Shown piece after piece: positions 38,701-47,499 of a stretch of DNA of 64,000 nucleotides; position 1 is the first letter of the stretch; each line of letters begins with the position of its first letter. Origin of the DNA: Octopus bimaculoides. Its lineage: Eukaryota. A program made the position numbers and the translations under genes. The notes beneath the pieces are model-generated. The model made no database searches. It was not told the origin of the DNA and was given only the letters and a program-made list of their open reading frames with translations. The stretch spans positions 64,816,247 to 64,880,246 of the forward strand of contig NC_068986.1 in the NCBI RefSeq assembly GCF_001194135.2, written 5' to 3'.

Positions 38701-41700
38701 GGGATGATTTATTCATTTGTGGAAATATTGCTGGTGCTTTGTAGTTTTATAGTTGGACGAATGGAGTGAAAGTAGATTATATTTGTCAGCCAGGCAGACT
38801 GATTTAGAATATTATGTTCTTTTCTAGGAAGTACAGGATGATACGTTACAGCACTTATAATAACATGTGATGCCCTAATTGTGTAATTGTCTCTGATTGT
38901 ATATTATTTCCAAACTATTACTATCATCTAGTAGCTGGGTGGAATCATTAGTGTCGGGGGGGAAAAAATGTCCCCAATATCTGAGTATTTTGAGTGGTAC
39001 TTAGTAATGAATTCTAATTTTGGCATATGACCGCAATTATTAGAGACTGTAGAATCTATTGTAAAAATCATTTTACTGCCTGTCTTTGACTGGACACGAC
39101 AAGTATTGTTTATCTGTCTGGTGGCCTTAGTGAAATGGGTTGTGAAGCAGATAAGATTGTAAGGGTTGATAAAGTTTCATTTATAAAGGAAATTGAGGCT
39201 AAAGAAAGAAGTGCTGCATTCCAGCAAATTTGTTGAAAGGTGAGTGAGAGTGGCAAGGATGGTACAAGTGAACTGACTTGCTCTGAGCATGCACGTTTAG
39301 ATTGAGCAAAAAGAATGGGCGGGGAGGGCACTTACTTTAATGGTTAGAGTGACCATGGTTTTGTGGGGTTTCCATGAACACACCTCCTTGGAGAATTATT
39401 CATTGTTAAAATAATCTTGCTTCCTCATTGTTTTTGTTGTACATGTATAAACCCTCTGTATTTTTCCCATTATTTTATTAGTCTCTCTTGTATTGTTTTT
39501 ATGTAGGTCCTTGTAGCAAAAAAAAAAAATTATTTACGTTTGACGGATATTTGTCCTCATCTTGTTTGTTGTTAACACAACATTTCGGCTGATATACCTT
39601 CCAGCCTTCATCAGGTGTCCTGGGGGAAATTTCAAACCTGGGTTCTCATTCCTAACGTATTTTTCTAATGTAATTATTATTAATCAGGTCACTGCCTGGA
39701 ATCGGACTCGGAATCTTGAGGTTAGTAGCCTTAACCACTACACCGTATGCCCGTGGTGTAGTGGTTAAGAGCACAGGCTACTAACCCCAAGATTCCAAGT
39801 CCGATTCCATGCAGTGATCTGAATAATAATAAAAATACCTTAGGAATGAATGAGAACCCAGGTTCGAAATTTCCCCAGGGCACCTGATGAAGGCTGGAGA
39901 GTATATCAGCTGAAATGTTTACAACAAACAAGATGAGGACAAATATCCATCAAACGTAAATAATGTACATAATTCCTCATCTCTCAAATATAGAACTAAG
40001 ATTATTATTATTAATTATTCTTTGTATTCATTACCTGTGGTATGTTGTTTATAATTTCAGATGAAACCCTTGATGCTGATGTTTCAAGTGATTCTTATGG
40101 AGTTCCACTGGATAACTCTAATTCTGCAGAAAGCTGTTTTGAAGGTGATACTAGTGGTTGTGGTGCTTTTGATGAACCCGTTGATAACCAGTGTTTTGGG
40201 TAATTTTCAAACCTTATCTGCATTGAATTTATGTTGACACTGCTTAATCACAGGTCAGCTCCTACTGAGCAAACCTTTGATCAAAAGTATATCAAAAGCC
40301 ATGTCCATCCAATTTCTTTTTTCCAGATAGTGGACTTCATTATCCAATATGTCCCACCGCTTCTAAGAATATAAGCTGCAATCTGAGTGAGATCTAGCTG
40401 CTGTTTTTAGTGACTATATAAAGACCTCCTTGTTGCGTTGGCTTGCTGCTGCTGTTGTTATCAAACGGCTTTGTATAATAAATATGAATCACAGGATGGC
40501 TGTATTGTGAAGAAGCTTGCTTCCTAACCATGTGGTTTTGGTTATATACATATATATATATATGTACGAACAGCCATGCTACATGGCAGGGAAACATGGG
40601 CTGTGACTGCTGGGGACATGCGTAAGCTCGCAAGGAATGAAGCCAGTATGCTCCGCTGGATGTGTAATGTAAATGTGCATACCCGTCAGAGTGTAAGTAT
40701 CTTGAGAGAAAAGCTGAACATAAGAAGCGTCAGTAGTGGTGTGCAAGAGAGACGATTGCGCTGGTTTGGACATGTGGTGAGAATGAATGAGGATAGCTGC
40801 GTGAAAAAGTGCCACTCCCTAACAGTTGAGGGAACCCGTGGAAGAGGTAGGCCCAGGAAGACCTGGGCTGAGGTGGTGAGGCAAGACCNNNNNNNNNNNN
40901 NNNNNNNNNNNNNNNNNNNNNNNNNNNNNNNNNNNNNNNNNNNNNNNNNNNNNNNNNNNNNNNNNNNNNNNNNNNNNNNNNNNNNNNNNNNNNNNNNNNN
41001 NNNNNNNNNNNNNNNNNNNNNNNNNNNACCCTCTACACTCTCTGAGTGGTTGGCGTTAGGAAGGGCATCCAGCTGTAGAAACTCTGCCAAATTAGATTGG
41101 AGCCTGGTGTAGCCATCCGGTTGCACCAGTCCTCAGTCAAATCGTCCAACCCATGCTAGCATGGAAAGCGGACGTTAAACGATGATGATGATATATATAT
41201 ATATATAATATACGTATGTGCAGGCATGGCTGTGTGATAAGAAGCTTGCTTCCCACTCACATAATCCCAAGTTTAGTCCCACTGTGTTATTTCTTTACTA
41301 CCCACAAGGGGCTACACACAGAGGAGACAGACAAACGGATTAAGTCGATTACATCGACCCCAGTGCGTAACTGGTACTTATTTAATCGACCCTGAAAGGA
41401 TGAAAGGCAAAGTCGACCTCGGCGGAATTTGAACTCGGAACGTAGCGGCAGATGAAATACTGCTAAGCATTTCGCCCGGCTTGCTAATGTTTCTGCCAGC
41501 TCGCCGCCTGTGTGGCACCTTAGGCAAGTGTCTTCTACTATAGATTTGGGTCAGCCAAAACCTTGTGAGTAGATTGAGTAGACAGAAACTGAAAGAAATT
41601 CGTTTATATATTTGTATATTTGGTATTTGTGTGTGTCTGTTTTCCCCCTCCCCCATCACTCACAAACGGTGTTGGTGTGTTTACATACCCGTAACTTAGC

Positions 41701-44700
41701 ATTTCGGCAAAAGAAACAGATAGAATAACGGGGTTGATTTGTCCAATTAAAGCCCCTTCAAGATGGTGCTCCAGCATGATCGCAGTCAGATGATTGAAAC
41801 TAAAGAATATATGTGTGTGTGTGTCTGTGTTTGAGAGTACACTTGTCTTTACCTCGTATTATGATTGTAAATGAGAATCATCATCATAGAAGCAATGTTA
41901 TTTGTTTCCAGTCTTCCATGAAAAACATGTCTGACTGTGGGAAAATATTTCTTTACCTGGAAACAGGTGAGGGTTGGTAGCCGAAAGGGCATCTGGGCAT
42001 AGAAAATTTGCCTCAATGAAATCCATCTGAACCATGTGAGTAAACTTCTTAATGACATGAACTTGACAGAAGAACGTATTGCATTAAATTCAACAGACAA
42101 GTGAATCAATGGCTAGCAGTAGCCATAAACTTAGTGTTGTATGTAACAGTGTTATACCTAATATTAGTTGTTGTATTTCACCTATTTAGTTGCTGTGTTA
42201 TCGTTTGTAATTGTAGTATTATACCTAACTATATAGTTGTGGTGCTTTACCTAATTATACAGTTGAAATTTTACAGTGTCGTATCTATTCTACAGTTGCA
42301 GTGTTGTACCTTACCATATAGTTGCAGTTGGGTCAAATATATTTTACCACATTGGATTTTACAGGTACAGAGAAGTGTGTGACATCTCATATATGTAGAA
42401 TCAAGTGTCTTATAGTGATATCATTATCTGACACTTATCAGACATAGCTATAAGGTTGAGCTGTTGATATCTTCATATACTTTGCTCTATAGATATCCAT
42501 AAGTATCTTTAACTATACTGTAGTTAGTTCACATTGGCTATCAGTTGTAAGTGTATTACAATGTATTTTTATGTTACTAATTATGTTTTTGTTTCATGAT
42601 TCATGTTGCTCTTCTTGTTTCAATGTTGTTAATCTTTGTATTTCATGTTTTTAAGCTCTTGTTTTTTGTGTGTTTAAACTCTTGTTTAAGCTATGTGCTG
42701 TTAATTCCTATTTCATGTTCTATATTGCTATTTCCCACTCACCACTTTGATAAATCCTATACTCTACATTGCTAGATCTGTGTTCCCTGTTGCTGGTCTC
42801 TGAAACCAATGTTTCTATTCCTTGCTAACGTCTACGTTTTACATTTGTTATTTCTTGTGTGCGATAATTCAGACTCCTGGATTTAGCTTTGTTAATCTCC
42901 ATTTCATATTGCTAATCCCAGTGTTTTGATCTCTTATTTGGTTTGTTACTTTTCCAGGCAGAATCATAAGCAAAAAGCATACACAACTCCAATACTTCAC
43001 CGAAAGAGGATGTTATTTCACAATTCCTCAAAGTCAGCATCTCCAGGTTTCCCACGGAAGTTGGATCTTGTGTAAGTCTAATTCCTACACATTTTTGTAA
43101 ATGTTGCATTTGCTGAATGGAAAAGTTGTCTTTGGTGAACAGCTGTATACCTATTGCAGTAACATGATGCTACATTGTTTAGTTATATCAGTGACTGTTA
43201 TATAAAGATTATTGTTATTGAGGTGTTTGAATGCAAAGTGGTTATAAGTTTCTTGAATAATGATAATTCCTTTCCTTTGCTCAGTGGGGCGTAGCTGAGG
43301 TCTTTAGATCTGAGTTGTTTTTCAGAGCCAAACATAATGAATGAGAGAAGTTGGGTGAAATGGGTTATTAAAGTTATATTTCTGACCTAAATATTATTTA
43401 ATTCAAAGCTGTACCATTGTACTATAGTCTTCGGACAAAAGTTTTCTTAGTTCAATCTAAATGAGCTGCTAAATAAGATGTTCTTTACTGGTAGTTAGTT
43501 ATTTTTGTGAAAAGGAGTCTGGTTGACATTCACATAGATTACTTGTATATTTTTCAGGCTTGTTTAAACCTATGATAAAACTAAAATCTGAATTTAGACG
43601 TTTTAAAAGGAAGTGATGCCTGAGTCATGGTTGGGTAAATGTTTGTTAGCTTCTTGACTGAATGCCTGACAGTTCGTATCCTGTGGCCATCATTGTAATT
43701 TGTTCTTAAACAAATTCATCTAGCTGTTGATAAGATTTTTTTTTTCTCTTTCTGTAAGTGGTGCTCACCTTGTAGCAAGCATACATAGTGTATCATTGGT
43801 TTGCAGCATTGAGTGTAAATGCTCTCATGGCCTCAGGGTAGGATAAGAAATTTGTGCACGTGTATTCTCCTTTGAGTCACTACACAATAGATTTGGGCAG
43901 ATTTTTGCTTTTGTGATATTTATTTATTTTTTTTTTTTCTCATCCTTATTTTTAGGTCTTCTTCATCACCAAAACCTGTTAATACTGTAATGGAGGGTGA
44001 CGGCAAGGAAAACCGACCAGCCACACCAGTTATGCTACTTGATGAAGTACGGCCAATTGAGCCAAGAAACTTACTTGGGGCAAGTGTTTTATCATACCAT
44101 TTGATAATATTGATAGCTTGGGTTATTGACAAGTTAAGTGTTTTGGTTTGTATTGTTGCTGTTATAAGGAAATATATATTTATAGACTAGTGCTATATGG
44201 CAGATTATAGGTTGCTGGTGATAGAAGTTCACCAGCCATGTTTGATTAACCATAGCTAGAATGTGACATGTCTCAGTTCCTTAAGCTAAATGCCTACTTG
44301 AAGAAGGCATCAGGTAATCACTCCTGTGATTCTGGTCCTTCCTAATAGCCATAAATGCTATCAAATTAACATAGTTGACAGAACTTTGGATAGAATTCCT
44401 TGCAGTATTTGTTCTGGCTAACTGAGCTCTAAGTTCAAATCTTGCTGTGGTCAACTTTACCTTTCGTTCTTTCAGGGATAAATAGCAGGTGGTGGATTTG
44501 TAGAATTGTTATATTATTTTGTTCATTCCGTTATGACTCACTTGGTATGAAAGATCTGCATAGAAGAGCTTTTTGGCTTTACTGTGATAAGAGGTTGTAA
44601 AATTCGTTTTTGGAGTATTCTCAGAAGCTATTGATGGTGAAAGTGTTTAATTTCCTCTTGTTTCACAGCTGAGTTTCAGTAGATATAATGATACCTTTAA

Positions 44701-47499
44701 ATTGACAAATTTTAATGGTGTAATGGTTTGTGCTTGTTAGACCTATTCAATTCATTAACTGGCAAACTGCCGCTGCAAGGCACATCAAGTAATTTACATC
44801 TGCCTGCTAGGCATTAGACTGTTACTCTATATCTTGAGCAGGCATATTTAAATGCACTACCATTGCTCATGCTTGAATACATTCATGTGACACATGGGTG
44901 TTTAATTTTTAAATCTTAGTCTATAAAAAATAGCTTTGTTGGTTAGAGGTTTCCAATGAATATCTGCGTCTCTGATGGTGAATGTGACGAAGGAGCGTCA
45001 GTAACTGAATGGACATTGTTCAGAGAGTGTTAGATTTAGATAAATATATCTATCCTGTTAGAAACTAGAGATATTGACAAAATGGAGTTAATCCTCTATA
45101 TATAAGTTATAAGAATATAACTATTGCATGAATTTGGAGGAAATCCTCTATATATGTTATATTGATTGTTGTACATTGTGAATATATTTTTAATCTGAAG
45201 CGTGTCCTTTCAGCTGCCAAGGTAGATTGTAAATATATTGTTTTCACATATATTTACAAGATATGGATTTCTGGGTGCCATTTTCCAAATTAAATAAATA
45301 TAAAAGTAATAAACAAATCATTAATGAGTAGTATCAACCAAATTCTAACTCCATTCAGCTTTGAAATGAAGTGGAAAATGTCTGGAGATATTTACTTCAT
45401 AAAACACAAAAAATAAACACACATTGCAAACAGTTTTTTGACCAGAAGTTTTTTCTAAAATGATGGTAAACTTTTGTTTCTTGCACAAAAGAGTCTCTGG
45501 TTTCAGGTTTTGATCCTCAAATCATCGTTACTTGAACTGTGATTTCATGTGTTTCAGGATTTGGTAACATTTATAGATATCTTTGGTACAGGACTGTAAC
45601 TCTTTAGCATTCAAATTATTCTGTCAAAAGTGACATTTATTACCTCCGCCAAGGAAGGGGTTATGTTTCCATCGGCGCTGGTTTGTCCGCTGTCTGTCTG
45701 TGCAAAATAACTCAAAAAGTTGTAAACAGTATTTGATGAAACTAGTAGGAAAAGTTGGTAATGACACAAGGAACAGATGATGAAATTTTGGTAGTGATCC
45801 GGGAATTTTTATGGATTCTTGAAGGATTTTTCATTTGTTATATCTACTTTACATGAAGTATTACAATGTTACGTTCTTTGATTATCTCCCTTCAAAACAT
45901 GTTCATCGTTTCTCTATTAGTAATTTTATTCGCGTATCTATCTTAAAATGAACTGCTTGGCGGAGGTCTGCAGAGGATGACATGGCAAGCCTTGACTATT
46001 GGGATCGACTCAAAAAGCTCAGGTTTTGCTCCCTCCACCGCCGCTGTGAGCTCTATATCATCTGTATGATGTAGAAAATATTCCATCAACATTGCCCATC
46101 TTTAAAATTCGTCCGAGGCCCCCCCCCCCCCGTGTCATATCACAACACTATGACAGAACTATTTCACCTCAATTAGCCCTGCTCTCTTCAACATTGTGCC
46201 AGACACAAATAAAGGAAGAAAGTGACTTCACGGCATTCAGACGATCCCCAGATCATTGCCCCCCAATAAATACCAGATAAACCACCTCCACCCAGATATG
46301 TCTCTGAAAACAATATAACCCTCTGCTTGAATGGGCTACGGTTCCCCAAAGCTGACTGTGTATCTCTTCTAGGTGGTGCTATTAAACTAGACATGGCCTG
46401 AGTCACCTTCAGTCGAAACTTACCTAAATAATCTAATCTATGCTGTAACCTATTAATCAAAGCATGACAATGTGGGTAGAGGCTGATATCATAACATTTC
46501 TGATGGTCTTAAGTATAAAACAATTATTAAAGAGTTATATAGAACTACATTCACAGTAAGTCTATAAGTTATTGTGTTTAGACCTGGTTTCTATCCTCGA
46601 ACTATTCCGTTTTGTAGATGCAGTTTTTTTGTTTTTTTTAATAAAGCACTCTGAAGTTAGAAAAATCAAAAATATGCAACAATCTCAGTCCCTTGAGTAT
46701 CGGATAATGGATTTTCAACTGTGTAAAGAAACTGATTGTGGTGATCGTAGTTTTAACGGTGATTGTGGTGAAAGCAGATACAGTACTGATGATGACGATG
46801 GTCAAGTTAAGTATGGGAGGAGGATAAAATAGGTGGTTATAATGGCGACAGAAGCGGTGTGATGCTGAGGTGATGGTGGTAATAGCAGTGTTGATAGTGT
46901 TTGTTGTATGATGGTGGTATTGTAGTGGTTATACTGGTTGTGGGGAAAGTGACTGTGTTATTTTTTTTTACCCCTGCCAAGTGGGTTATGTATTTGCTGG
47001 TATTGGTTTGGGAAATTGGGCGATTTTCAGCATGCGTGTGTATGGGTGGAAATGAGCTGCTTGGCGGAGGTCTGCGCTCTCCATTCTTTTCTAAGGCAGA
47101 GTTCTTAAGTGAGTTGTCTTTCTCCATTGCCTTCTAAATCTCTTAATCCACAAAAGGAATAGAGTTCAATAGTGTAAATTAACTAAGCATTCAGCTGCTT
47201 CTTACATCACTAAGTCTATAGTACTTATTGTCATGGAACTTAACTGAACTAGTTCACATTTAATTGTTTTTGTTATAAACATAAAGCAGATTGCTTACAA
47301 GTTCTGTGACGGATGTCTGAATGCTATCTTCCTGGCTAGCCATCTTCCTTTATTCTGGTAATAACCAATTGCTATAATATTTATTTAACGTATAACTTTG
47401 AGAGTTATTCTTGCTTGTTTGTTAAAATCTGTATTTAACAATATTTTTGATTTTCACATTTTCCAGATGTTTGATGCTGCCTGTGAAGAAGAACTCTAA
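15925..47499 (+). CDS. PKMYT1: Membrane-associated Tyr/Thr Cdk1-inhibitory kinase Myt1, 16 coding exons, about 545 aa
   Basis: Exons join in consistent phase (1638 nt including stop). Wee-family kinase motifs [40 protein letters not shown]; hydrophobic membrane segment; C-terminal PRNLL-MF motif. Confidence 0.93.
18043..18343. repeat. Tandem duplication, period about 150 bp, each unit with a G-quadruplex motif
   Basis: Units 18043-18178 and 18193-18343. Confidence 0.85.
19041..19435 (+). mobile_element. tRNA-derived CORE-type SINE (family A) with RTE-like tail
   Basis: ggcgtggctgtatggtaagaag..ggcaagtgtcttct..gaaactgaaagaagcc..ccaaccaagcatggaaaagtggacgtt. Confidence 0.8.
19576..19851. mobile_element. 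hAT (Charlie-type) MITE with perfect 8-bp TSD
   Basis: GTCTAGAG at 19568-19575 and 19852-19859; ends CAGTG...GAGAAGCACTG. Confidence 0.85.
20538..20667 (+). CDS. PKMYT1: PKMYT1 coding exon 2
   Basis: [33 protein letters not shown]; followed by the U12-type donor GTATCCTTTT; phase 1. Confidence 0.8.
20668..21739 (+). other. Candidate U12 (minor spliceosome) intron with non-AG acceptor
   Basis: Donor GTATCCTTTT; branch-like TTCCTTATC at 21723-21731; in-frame ends at AT 21738-39 or AC 21744-45. Confidence 0.65.
21740..21837 (+). CDS. PKMYT1: PKMYT1 coding exon 3 (5' boundary uncertain)
   Basis: (T)[32 protein letters not shown]; donor gttagt. Confidence 0.8.
21960..24400 (-). mobile_element. 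5'-truncated RTE-clade LINE, antisense in PKMYT1 intron 3
   Basis: Minus-strand fragments [22 protein letters not shown]; [15 protein letters not shown]; [15 protein letters not shown]; VGVHQGSVL; YADD region (tatgcagatgac); [14 protein letters not shown]; (ATG)n tail near 21960. Confidence 0.9.
24420..24530 (-). mobile_element. tRNA-derived SINE (family B) fragment
   Basis: Reverse complement: ttctgagttcaaattctgccgaggtcgactctgccttttgtcc. Confidence 0.7.
24680..24762 (+). CDS. PKMYT1: PKMYT1 coding exon 4
   Basis: [27 protein letters not shown]; ctcag / gtaagt. Confidence 0.95.
25570..25695 (+). CDS. PKMYT1: PKMYT1 coding exon 5
   Basis: [41 protein letters not shown]; ttcag / gtatgc. Confidence 0.95.
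26940..27015 (+). CDS. PKMYT1: PKMYT1 coding exon 6
   Basis: [25 protein letters not shown]; tgtag / gtaagg. Confidence 0.93.
27060..27545. mobile_element. Composite SINE / RTE-tail repeat
   Basis: Contains gttggcatttggaagggcat..taaaaa blocks and ends cccatgcatgcatggaagatggatgttaaatgatg. Confidence 0.55.
27623..27745 (+). CDS. PKMYT1: PKMYT1 coding exon 7 (catalytic loop, DFG)
   Basis: [41 protein letters not shown]; tttag / gtaggt. Confidence 0.96.
27964..28058 (+). CDS. PKMYT1: PKMYT1 coding exon 8
   Basis: [31 protein letters not shown]; aatag / gtgaat. Confidence 0.95.
28620..28965. mobile_element. Composite SINE / RTE-tail repeat
   Basis: Same blocks as 27060-27545. Confidence 0.5.
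29784..29890 (+). CDS. PKMYT1: PKMYT1 coding exon 9
   Basis: [35 protein letters not shown]; cgaag / gtaagc. Confidence 0.95.
30230..30425 (+). mobile_element. tRNA-derived SINE (family B)
   Basis: gagctagcagaatcatt..ttctgagttcaaattctgctgaggttgactttgcctttcatcc. Confidence 0.7.
30651..30754 (+). CDS. PKMYT1: PKMYT1 coding exon 10
   Basis: [34 protein letters not shown]; tgtag / gtatgt. Confidence 0.95.
31249..31469. repeat. Fold-back (about 220 bp imperfect palindrome, MITE-like)
   Basis: Core arms 31301-31348 and 31378-31426, with gapped pairing out to 31249/31469. Confidence 0.8.
31690..32268 (+). mobile_element. RTE LINE 3' fragment preceded by a SINE piece
   Basis: [41 protein letters not shown]; runs into an N gap. 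Confidence 0.85.
32269..32495. other. Assembly gap
   Basis: Run of N. Confidence 1.
32496..32960. repeat. Compound (TA)/(TATG)/(CA) microsatellite
   Basis: Direct reading. Confidence 0.95.
32960..33105 (-). mobile_element. Family A SINE
   Basis: gggcttctttcagtttc..ccactcacaaggctt..acttgcccaag..aagcaagcttcttaccac. Confidence 0.75.
33660..34260 (-). mobile_element. CR1/L2-type LINE 3' fragment
   Basis: Minus-strand translation ..[22 protein letters not shown].. resembles CR1/L2 C-terminal sequence; degraded. Confidence 0.4.
34265..34690 (-). mobile_element. RTE LINE 3' fragment
   Basis: Minus strand [20 protein letters not shown]. Confidence 0.6.
34828..34869 (+). CDS. PKMYT1: PKMYT1 coding exon 11 (42 nt)
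   Basis: [14 protein letters not shown]; tttag / gtaagt; phase 0-0. Confidence 0.8.
36862..37036 (+). CDS. PKMYT1: PKMYT1 coding exon 12 (membrane-association segment)
   Basis: [46 protein letters not shown]; tgtag / gtaagt. Confidence 0.88.
37160..37470 (-). mobile_element. CR1/L2-type LINE 3' fragment
   Basis: ..[14 protein letters not shown] resembles the SFxPRTxxLWNxLP terminal motif. Confidence 0.5.
37790..37995 (+). mobile_element. Family B SINE
   Basis: agctggcagaatcgtt..aaatgcttag..ttctgagtttaaattctgctgaggttgac. Confidence 0.75.
39120..39330 (+). mobile_element. Possible Tc1 (TRT-like) N-terminal remnant
   Basis: VRVDK...EHARLD*AKRM, resembling VRADK...HxxRLxWAKxxM. Confidence 0.3.
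39574..39619 (-). ncRNA. Minimal type I hammerhead ribozyme motif (better-preserved copy)
   Basis: Minus strand GACAC CUGAUGA A GGCUG GAAGGUAUAU CAGCC GAA AUGU U GUGUU. Stem I GACAC/GUGUU, stem II GGCUG/CAGCC, stem III a palindromic ACGU decayed to AUGU. Confidence 0.7.
39879..39921 (+). ncRNA. Hammerhead motif, degenerate copy
   Basis: GGCAC CUGAUGA A GGCUG GAGAGUAUAU CAGCU GAA AUGU U UAC; the 3' strand of stem I is lost. Confidence 0.55.
40061..40199 (+). CDS. PKMYT1: PKMYT1 coding exon 13
   Basis: [31 protein letters not shown]; ttcag / gtaatt; phase 1-2. Confidence 0.8.
40560..41190 (+). mobile_element. RTE LINE 3' fragment spanning a gap
   Basis: [29 protein letters not shown]; tail catggaaagcggacgttaaacgatgatgatg. 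Confidence 0.88.
40889..41027. other. Assembly gap
   Basis: Run of N. Confidence 1.
41221..41800 (+). mobile_element. Family A SINE interrupted by an inverted family B SINE (41287-41508)
   Basis: ccactgtg | insert | tgtgtggcacc, with tgtg duplicated. Confidence 0.8.
42958..43071 (+). CDS. PKMYT1: PKMYT1 coding exon 14
   Basis: [37 protein letters not shown]; tccag / gtaagt; 114 nt, phase 2-2. Confidence 0.75.
43956..44079 (+). CDS. PKMYT1: PKMYT1 coding exon 15
   Basis: [41 protein letters not shown]; GC donor GG|GCAAGT. Confidence 0.85.
45638..45971 (+). mobile_element. Helentron-associated (HINE/DINE-1-like) non-autonomous element
   Basis: Perfect 12-bp subterminal IRs ACCTCCGCCAAG (45642) and CTTGGCGGAGGT (45956), with a (GTCY)-type tract near the 5' end. 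Confidence 0.65.
45972..46480 (+). mobile_element. CR1/Jockey-group LINE fragments
   Basis: [24 protein letters not shown] and [23 protein letters not shown]. Confidence 0.55.
46966..47092 (+). mobile_element. Internally deleted second HINE-like copy
   Basis: acccctgccaagtgggttatg ... cttggcggaggtctgcgctctcc. Confidence 0.55.
47467..47499 (+). CDS. PKMYT1: PKMYT1 coding exon 16 (terminal)
   Basis: ttccag|ATG TTT GAT.. [10 protein letters not shown]; completes RNLLG-MF; AATAAA near 47685. Confidence 0.85.
   Translation: MFDAACEEEL

Larger units (their letters stand above)
39531..39962. mobile_element. Head-to-head palindrome of two tRNA-headed, hammerhead-bearing elements
   Basis: Arms 39531-39744 and 39755-39962 are reverse complements around a 10-nt spacer. 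Each has an A-box/B-box tRNA-like head and a CTGATGA-stemII-GAAA core. Confidence 0.85.

Noticed and set aside
39755-39815. Possible tRNA gene
   Set aside because: A and B boxes are present but there is no acceptor stem or terminator; it is the head of a repeat.
3880-41190. ATGATGA motifs as snoRNA C boxes
   Set aside because: All belong to (ATG)n retroelement tails, with no D box or terminal stem.
42912-43109. Minus-strand ORF with an LRR-like look
   Set aside because: Antisense shadow of PKMYT1 exon 14.
46188-46460. Tc1-like GGG..WGA motif on the minus strand
   Set aside because: The plus strand gives a better CR1-type match; no DDE residues.
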